From contig OX597827.1 of the NCBI GenBank assembly GCA_951406725.2, positions 63,984,001 to 64,048,000 on the forward strand: 64,000 bases of DNA, given 5' to 3'. Of this stretch, positions 55,115-64,000 are shown piece after piece. Position 1 is the stretch's first letter. Each line of letters opens with the position of its first letter. Below the pieces are notes generated by a model. It worked only from the letters and a program-made list of their open reading frames with translations. It had not been told where the DNA came from and searched no databases. The translations under genes and the position numbers were made by a program. The DNA comes from Octopus vulgaris (taxonomy: Eukaryota).

Positions 55115-56420
55115 CATAGAATGCACCATCCTAAGGCAGATACAGAACAACTTTATCTGCCAAGAAAAGAGGGAGGCCGTGGTCTTTTACAACTGGCAAT
55201 AACAATGAAGATTGCTACAATTGGCCTAGACACCTACCTGAAAAAGTCTGAGGACTGGATGTTAAAACTTGTCTCAAAACATGAAAACAATAAAGCATCA
55301 TACTCAGTAACCAAACAGGCAAAGGAATATCTAAGTGAATTCCGAATACAACAAATTTCGGAATTAGAGATAGTCATACAAGAAACAAGCACAGAAAAAG
55401 CTAAGCGCATGAAAACCTGTGCCAAAACTGCGGCCTTAGATATTCTGAATAATAAATGGCAAGAAAAACCTCTCTATGGCAAATACCCAAAGAGAGCGAA
55501 TAATGCAGATATTGACAAAGCCCTGACCCATCAATGGCTAATGGCCTCTGGCTTCAAATCTGAAACAGAAGGGTTTATGATAGCAGCTCAAGATCAATGC
55601 CTACCAACAAGAAACAACCAGGCCAACATATTAAAGAACGGCAGTAGCCCAACATGTCGTGTATGTCAACAACAAAATGAAACCATTGATCATGTTGTCT
55701 CCAAGTGCAGTCTTCTAGCACCTACAGAGTACCTCAACAGGCATGATAGAGCTGCACAATATATTCACTGGGTAATTTGCAAAAACCTGGATTTGCCCCA
55801 TGCAAAAAAACTGGTGGGAACACAATCCACCTCCAGTGCTTGAAAATGACCACATCTCACTCCTCTGGAACTTCACCATTCAAACTGACAGAAAGATAGA
55901 TGCAAACAGGCCAAACATCATATTGAAAGACTTCAGACAAAGAACATGCCTCCTCATTGATATGACTGTCCCAATCGATATAAACGTATCTGTCAAGACC
56001 TACCAAAAACTGAGCAAATATAAAGATCTTGAAATAGAAATCAGCAAAATGTGGAACCTGAAGACTAAAACAATACCTGTTGTCATAGGTGCCCTGGGAA
56101 TAATAGCGAAAGGGGCTGATTGCTACCTAACTCAGATACCAGGAAACCCCAAAATGTCAGAAATTCAAAAGATAGTGCTCATGGGAACTGTTCATATCCT
56201 ACGCAAAATACTCTCTATGTAATCTCAAGGTTTAAAACAAACTTTTTTTAAAATTTATTTATTAGACATTCACTAGTACAACACCAACCCCCCCCCCAAA
56301 TATATGGCACACTAGGCATAACAACAACGTGAATTTCCAACCTGTTGTCTCTTGAGGTCTCTGGGTGAGACTTGGAGCCAACTTGTAACAAACATAAAGC
56401 AAAAGTCAAACATAGAATAA
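55112..56420 (+). mobile_element. 3' part of R4/Dong-type LINE (CCHC + restriction-like endonuclease) within (AAT)n
   Basis: HPKAD..LYLPRKEGGRGL, AAQDQ, CRVC..ET.DH...C, RHD, NRPNI, LIDMTVP, KLSKY, PVVIGALG; frameshift near 55810. Confidence 0.88.
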
Positions 56421-57474
56421 TAATTATAATGGTAATAATAATACTAACTGATTGGAATTGTTATCATGTACATAGTTTTTTTGTTTTTTGATATAAATGA
56501 TGGGCTACAGTAAATATAATACTAATACGCGCGAAATTTTGTCTGTCCTTCTGTCCAGGATCCCTGTATCTCAGTCCTACATTATATATATGTGTGTGTG
56601 TGTGTGTGTATATATATTTCCATACATATATAAATACATGCATACATAAATTAGCAAACCAAGTTATGTCAGATGTAAGCCGATATTTTGCATCCCTTTT
56701 TGGGATGTGGAGATAAAATGTCAAAAATGTGGCCTACAAACCGTCAAATATGATGATGACTGCCTAATCTGTTGTTTCACTGAAGTGAGGAGGAATCCCA
56801 TACTGAACTGAATTGAAAAACATTTTTCCACAGAAGGACCATTGAATAAAATATTGTTCGCCCGTCTTATTAACTATATTTGGCAATCTTTGGATTAAAT
56901 ACATTACTCATAGGTTATATAAAGCATGTCATGTATTTAAATTAACTCAACTGTAAAAAATCAATTAACATTTAAATGACAACACAGTACTCAAACAAGA
57001 CTGGATCTATTGGAGGTGTCTGTATATGATTACTCATCCAGCTAAAAATAACAACCAAATCAACCTATATCTACATACTAACGTCTACACTAAAATCCAT
57101 ATTTTATCGTCAATGTAGAAGCCCATCTCAATTTAAGTAGTTTTGAGTTAATTTTTTTTAATATTTTCTGTTTTTTAAAGAATGGGATACAGAATTTTTT
57201 TCAGGTTGAGTAGCCCATCCCACTCAAAAGGTCACTTAATACAGTCAGTGTAAGGATGATGAATGAAACACTCATGTTTCCAGAGGTGAATTAATCAAAC
57301 CCCATAGAATTCCTCTCTATGCTGCTCTCCTACTACTTTTGCCCATGATAAGAGATGCACATATTGTCAGTCACCAAGGGACAAGCTCAATTGGTTAAGC
57401 AACTGACAAATAAATCTGTGGTATTGAGCAGAATATTTGTTGTAGCCCATCCCTTATACCAATAAAGCCTATCG

Positions 57475-57523
<49 letters not shown>

Positions 57524-57869
57524 TATGAGGCTTCTGTGACACAATCGGGTGGCGTGTTCAGCTGTTTGCTGAGGGTTTGGTGGTATGAGCCCACTCAGGG
57601 ATGAACGCACTATGCCTTTAGGCAGCAAGCTGGCAAAATCATTAGCACTCCAGGTGAAATGCTTAGCAGTGTTTCGTCTGCCGCTACATTCTGAGTTCAA
57701 ATTCTGCCGAGGTCGACTTTGCCTTTCATTCTTTCAGGATCGATGAAATAAGTACCAGCTGAACCCTGGGGTCAATGTAAACGACTCATTCCACACCTCC
57801 CCCAAGCTGTCCTTGTGGCAAGAAAAAAATTGAAATAATAATAATAATAGTAATAATAATAATTATTAT

Positions 57870-58308
57870 TATTGAGTGAGAGAGAAGTGCATGCTATCAA
57901 AGTGACAATGTGGTAAAATATACAAAGCCCAGTATACCCATCATGACTACCATATGTGAGTGACATGGGGATCTCATATCAAGATAAACAGCGCATTATT
58001 TTGCAGGTGGGACAGCGCATGATTTTTCAGGTCGGGTAGCCCTACCTACTCAAAAGGTCCCTGAATAAGGTTTGTTTAAGGATGATGAATAAAATATCTG
58101 TTTCCAGACATGTATTATTGAAACCCCCAAAAATCCCTCTCAACACATGGCTATGATGCTTCCCTACTACTTCTGCTCGTGATCAGCCTCTAAGGGACAT
58201 GCTCAACTGGTTAAGGTCAAGCAACTGACAAGCAAATCTGAGGTATTGAGCAGAATATTTGCTCTAGCCCATCCCATATACCAAGACAAAACAATGTACA
58301 TGATAACA
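57870..58308. mobile_element. Repeat family D
   Basis: Matches 45128-45625. Confidence 0.78.
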
Positions 58309-58321
58309 ATGTGTATATATA

Positions 58322-58352
<31 letters not shown>

Positions 58353-58364
58353 GCATGTGTATGA

Positions 58365-58410
<46 letters not shown>

Positions 58411-58413
<3 letters not shown>

Positions 58414-59600
58414 AATAAAATAGAACATATGCATATATATAAACATATATGTACGTACCTACCTCTACATGTACATATACACGCATATATGTGTACAGGA
58501 CACCAAAAAGACGTCGATCACATAGAGAGACGAAAAACATAGACACAAACCAAGGAACAGGACAAGCAAAAAAGAAAAAAAGAGATACAGGACAATAAGC
58601 ACAACGAAAAATCCCCTTCTTCAGTCGCTAAGGTTTCATCTACTCTACGTTTCAAAGGATAAAAGCGAGACGTATACTTCGAAGAAACTTCCTTCCTGCG
58701 AAAAGCAAATCAATTAAAATTCTGAGCTCTTTTCGCAGAGGGGTAAAAAATGGTAAAAAAAGCAAGACGGTAACGACAGTACAAACATATAAACAGTAAA
58801 AAAAAAAAAAACAGTTGAAAAATAAATATATAACAGTGAGAGACAGGACAAGGAGAACAAGATAAGAAGGGCTGTTTACGCCAGACGAAAAAAGTAATGC
58901 AAACGCTGGATTATAGTGGACGACGAGAGAGAAAGAATGTCGACCAGTGGCCTTAGAAGGCGGGCGAGAAAAGACAGGATAGCAGTTACGACGGAAGTAT
59001 CGTCGCAGATGGACGACGGGAATGGGGGAGGAGGAGCAAGAGGAAGAGAGAGAAGAAGGGGAATGGTGCGAGGAGACCATGAAGAATGGTGAGGGGGAGA
59101 GAGAGAATGAAGAATGAGAGAGAGAGGAAGAGACAAGTTAAGTGAGGGAAAAAGGACGAAAAAGGGAATGGGAGAGAAAGAAAGAAAGATGCAGAGTCGC
59201 GTGAGAGTTAATATCAAGGCTAACTTGATAAACAGAACAATCTTACTTAATAGGGTGCGTGCGTTTAGTCGTATAATATGTTAATAAAATAGAACATATG
59301 CATATATATAAACATATATGTACGTACCTACCTCTACATGTACATATACACGCATATATGTGTACAGGACACCAAAAAGACGTCGAACACATAGAGAGAC
59401 GAAAAACATAGACACAAACCAAGGAACAGGACAAGCAAAAAAGAAAAAAAGAGATACAGGACAATAAGCACAACGAAAAATCCCCTTCTTCAGTCGCTAA
59501 GGTTTCATCTACTCTACGTTTCGAAGGATAAAAGCGAGACGTATACTTCGAAGAAACTTCCTTCCTGCGAAAAGCAAATCAATTAAAATTCTGAGCTCTT
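58411..59600 (-). mobile_element. Non-coding element with 321-bp direct repeats (869-bp period) in (TA)n
   Basis: 58411-58731 and 59280-59600 differ at two positions; strand inferred from purine/pyrimidine skew. Confidence 0.8.
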
Positions 59601-59676
59601 TATATATACTTTGATACTTTGATACTTTGATAGGTTTCGGCCATTATTGGCCCAGGCCATGTCTAACTTAATAGCA

Positions 59677-59768
<92 letters not shown>

Positions 59769-59770
59769 AG

Positions 59771-60064
59771 ATGTATTAAAGAAGGCAAAAATGATAAAAG
59801 CAAAAGGCTAAATGTGTGAGTAAAAGAATTGAATGTTCAGTATGTTGGTTCAGGGCTCAGTATGTTGGCCACAGGAATTTCTGTCAAAGAGACATGGTTA
59901 AACAGAGTTGTACATCATCTCCCTGTTCCTCTCACATACCCACCCTTTCCCTCTTCTATTATTACTCCCACTTCCACCATCAACACCAATACTTTTAATA
60001 AAACATCAACACTCTCTAAATTTCTTTGTCTCTCTTTCTCCCCATCTCTTTTTATTTCTTTCTT

Positions 60065-60104
<40 letters not shown>

Positions 60105-60616
60105 TCTCTTTCTTTATTTGCCACTGCCCTCACCATCTCTATGCCTACTGTTACTCTCACCCAAGCATGAGGAATAGTAGAAGTGTCATTGAATAGTGAG
60201 AGAGGGGTTGTCAAAGTGTGACACACTGACACACAGAAATTCGTTTTCACATTTATCATATATATATGCATGTATGTATGTATGTATGTATGTATGTATG
60301 TATGTATGTATGTATGTATGTATGTATGTATGTATGTATGTATGTATTAAAGAAAGCAAAATAAAACAAAAATAATAAAAGCAAAAGGCTAAATGTATGT
60401 GTAAAAGAACTGAGTATTCAGTATGTTGGTTTAGTGTTCTGTATCTTGGTCATAGGAATTTCTGTCAAAGAGACACATTTAAACATTTCCCTCTTTCTCT
60501 CTCTCTCTCTCTCTCTCTCTTATTATTATTACTCCCACTGCCACCATCAACACTACTATTTTTAATAAAACTTCATCAACCCTCCCTACATTTCTTTGTC
60601 TCTCTTTCTCCTCATC

Positions 60617-60693
<77 letters not shown>

Positions 60694-61030
60694 CTCTGTC
60701 TTCGCTACCACCCTCACTGCTTCTATGCCTACTGTTAGTGGTTGAGAGTGCGGGCTACTAACTCCAAGATTTCGAGTTTGATTCCAAGCAGTGACCTGAA
60801 CAATAATAATAATAATAATAATAGAAATAATAATAACAGCAAAAAAATACCTTAGGAATGAGAACCCAGGTGCGAAATTTCCCCAAGACACCTGAAGAAG
60901 GCTGGAGAGTATTATCAGCCGAATCCGTCGAATGTAAATAATGTAAATAATGAATAGTAGGAGTGTCGTTGAATAGTGAGAGAGGGAGTCAAAGTGTGAC
61001 ACACTGACACACAGAAATTAGTTTTCGCAT
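59771..61030. repeat. Diverged tandem duplication of a ~490-bp unit
   Basis: 59771-60255 and 60342-61030 are colinear; the second copy carries an insertion at 60737-60952. Confidence 0.8.
60737..60952 (+). mobile_element. tRNA-headed hammerhead SINE, internally deleted copy
   Basis: GTGGTTGAGAGTGCGGGCTACTAA...GAGTTTGATTCC, (AAT)n, GACAC-CTGAAGA-A-GGCTG..CAGCC-GAA (60887-60923), AATGTAAAT tail. Confidence 0.72.
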
Positions 61031-61430
61031 GTATTATATTGGAATAAATATATATATGTATTTAGGTATGTTTATGTATGTATATATATATATGCTTATT
61101 ATATTAGAAATATATATATATGTATTTATGTATGTATGTATGTATGTATGTATGTATGTATGTATGTATGTATGTATGTATTTATGTATGTATATGTATG
61201 TATGGATTTATGTAGTATGTATGTATGTATGTATATATATGTATGCATATATGTATGTATCTATGTATGCATGTATGTATGTACGTATGTATAGTCGTGA
61301 GCAGACATAAAAACACTCACGACTCGTCCTTGGCACATGTTGGGTGTGATAGCTTGATGAAGAGAGAAAGAGAGAGAGTGATGGGGCAGTGCAATCAGTT
61401 ACTGATATATACACATACATATATATATAT

Positions 61431-61473
<43 letters not shown>

Positions 61474-61486
61474 CATATATATATAT

Positions 61487-61531
<45 letters not shown>

Positions 61532-61564
61532 CATATATATATATACATACATATATATATACAT

Positions 61565-61634
<70 letters not shown>

Positions 61635-61687
61635 CCAAACGGGAAACAAAAAAACAACAACAAGGGAACAATATATATATATATATA

Positions 61688-61721
<34 letters not shown>

Positions 61722-61829
61722 TTAATCCAAACAAGAAAACACAGAAAAAAACACAGAAAAAAAAACAGCAACGCGAGGACGTGGAACAATTAAAGTATTA
61801 TTTGACGCTCAGGAAAGAAGGGAAGGAGG

Positions 61830-61864
61830 GTTTAACGCTTCGAGCGGAGCTCTTCGTCGGAAAC
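61830..61864 (-). ncRNA. Minimal hammerhead motif with two core substitutions, inside a TA-flanked insert (61720-61938)
   Basis: GTTT-CCGACGA-A-GAGC-TCC-GCTC-GAAG-CG-TT-AAAC. Confidence 0.6.
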
Positions 61865-61934
61865 AAGGAGAAGGAAAGATCCCGAGAAGGGAAGACAGGA
61901 AAAAAAATATTTTTGCTGGTGGTGCTCAAGAGAT

Positions 61935-61986
<52 letters not shown>

Positions 61987-61994
<8 letters not shown>

Positions 61995-62367
61995 AAAAAT
62001 ATGGTAAAGTAAAGAATTCACTTTACCACACACCGAACTTTTCAGAAATAGCAGCCAAAAATTTGGCTATTTCTTCAACTGCAAATAAAAGTCTCCAGAC
62101 AATGCATACTCAGAAAAATAACTCACATAGGTATGTGAGTTATTTTTCTGAGTATGCATTGTCTGGAGACTTTTATTTGCAGTTGAAGAAATAGCCAAAT
62201 TTTTGGCTGCTATTTCTGAAAAGTTCGGTGTGTGGTAAAGTGAATTCTTTTACTTTACCATATTTTTATAAATTAATACTTCAAATATACCGTAAATGGT
62301 CTTTACATACCAAATACTGCTTGGTCGAATTTATTAACAATTAATTAATTCGACCCCCTTCTTTGAT

Positions 62368-62372
<5 letters not shown>
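61987..62372 (+). mobile_element. Fold-back mini-insert in (TA)n
   Basis: ~143-bp arms (61987-62129 / 62132-62275, one indel); right arm continues ~100 bp; GGCTGCTATTTCT at 62205-62217. Confidence 0.7.
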
Positions 62373-62404
<32 letters not shown>

Positions 62405-62405
62405 T

Positions 62406-62499
<94 letters not shown>

Positions 62500-62642
62500 T
62501 AATAGAAATAGGTTTCAAAGAGAAAAGAAACTACACATGTTAGCTATATGGGGAAAGTAAGAAGGAAAAAGTGAAAATGCACATTGGATATAAAAAAAAG
62601 TTTTTTTTTATGAAAAGTAATGATAAATATATACAATTATAC

Positions 62643-63032
62643 AGGCGCAGGTGCAGCTGTGTGGTAAGTAGCTTGCTTACCAATCACATGGTTCCGGGTT
62701 CAGTCCCACTGCATGGCACCTTGGGCAAGTGTCTTCTACTATAGCCTCGGGCTGACTAAAGCCTTGTGAGTGGATTTGGTAGACGGAAACTGAAAGAAGC
62801 CCGTCGTATATATGTGTATATAAATATATATATATATATATATTTTGTGTGTGTGTTTGTGTGTCTGTGTTTGTCCTCCCCAACATCGCTTAACAACCGA
62901 TGCCGGTGTGTTTACGTCCCCGTAACTTAGCGGTTCGGCAAAAGAGAGTGATAGAATAAGTACTAGGCTTACAAAGAATAAGTCCTGGGGTCGATTTACT
63001 CGACTTAAGGTGGTGCTTCAGCATGGCCACAG
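62643..63032 (+). mobile_element. SINE family A, near full length
   Basis: Matches 7141-7512. Confidence 0.85.
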
Positions 63033-64000
63033 GTTGGCACCTGTGACGTCGCAACTCATTTCTACAGCTGAGTGAACTGGAACAATGTGAAATAAAGTGC
63101 CTTGCTCAAGAACACAACACACAGCCCGGTCCCAAGTCAAACTCCCAACCCCAAGGTCATAAGCTCGACACTCTAACCACTGAGCCATGCTTATATATAT
63201 ACACTACAGATAATACTACCACTCAGAGAAGTGATCACGAAATTACACATCGGGTGGTGTTACAGGATGAGTGACACTAATTGTGAGTGACCAATAAATG
63301 TCACTCAGTGTGAGTGACTGATAATATGTATACACGTTAAAAACTAATTGATGTAGTTAGCTGTAACCTGGAACATAATTGAGAGCAGCCACGGTATCCG
63401 CCTGTATAATATACTCCCCCAAACTCTCGCTGTCTCTCTTTCTCTCACATGCACATAGTACCACAGAAAGTCAGCCATAACATTTTATTATTAGTAAGAC
63501 AGTAGTAATTGTAAAAACACTTACTTGTTTAAATACTATCAGCTAGGTGCAAGGTCTTCTCTGGACTAGCTTCTCCGTCTAGCAAGAGTAGATTTAGGTG
63601 AAATGATATAAAACATACACAACCGAGTGTTGATAGAGTAATACAACTGTATGCTTACGTGCCTCTATGCACATGAAAACACACATTCACACACACGTAT
63701 ATATATATATATACACACATATATATTATATCATGTATACTTATAAATATATTTAATGCATGTGTTTATGTAAACAAATAGATGTGTGTGTGTATGCCTT
63801 TGTTTAAAAAAAAAGTCATGCATTTGAGTATATTTGACAATCTTGACAATAAATACTTGACTCACCTAACAGGTTATGTGGGAACTGATGACTCTAAAAT
63901 AATGTCACTTGTAATGCGTTGTTAAAATTTTGGCGAAGGCGTGGTTGTGTGGTTTTCCAACCACATAGTTCAGGATTCAATCCTACTACGTGGAATCTTG

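Noticed and set aside
58652-59080. ORF as a remnant GIY-YIG C-terminus
   Set aside because: Only a vague GVN ending; mostly pyrimidine-tract translation

Overview
Eukaryotic, extremely repeat-rich DNA. The SINE/LINE complement, (TA)n/(TACA)n/(ATT)n tracts and TTAGGG repeats suggest a mollusc, most likely an octopus (inference). Most ORFs in the supplied track are microsatellite artefacts. Real content: a homogeneous ~277-bp tandem array (1-3965); CR1/L2-type, RTE and R4/Dong-type LINE fragments; three tRNA-SINE families; mariner, pogo, hAT, piggyBac and Helitron relics; a decayed full-length gypsy-type LTR element (46129-50265, GTTAT TSD); a Neptune-type Penelope-like element (PLE, ~38248-42883); and three orphan host-gene candidates (a 112-aa single-TM ORF and two paralogous Cys-Cys/Lys/acidic low-complexity ORFs). 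Main leads: (1) short fold-back inserts in (TA)n that share a GRCTGCTATTTCT motif, one with a nearly intact hammerhead ribozyme, probably non-autonomous clients of PLEs; (2) a tRNA-headed SINE with a hammerhead core; (3) a T-TTT-TTA slippery site joining the PLE upstream ORF to RT in the -1 frame; (4) an LTR primer-binding site complementary to the 5' end of tRNA-Phe. Everything was read by eye; no alignments, folding or database searches were run, so boundaries of decayed repeats are approximate.
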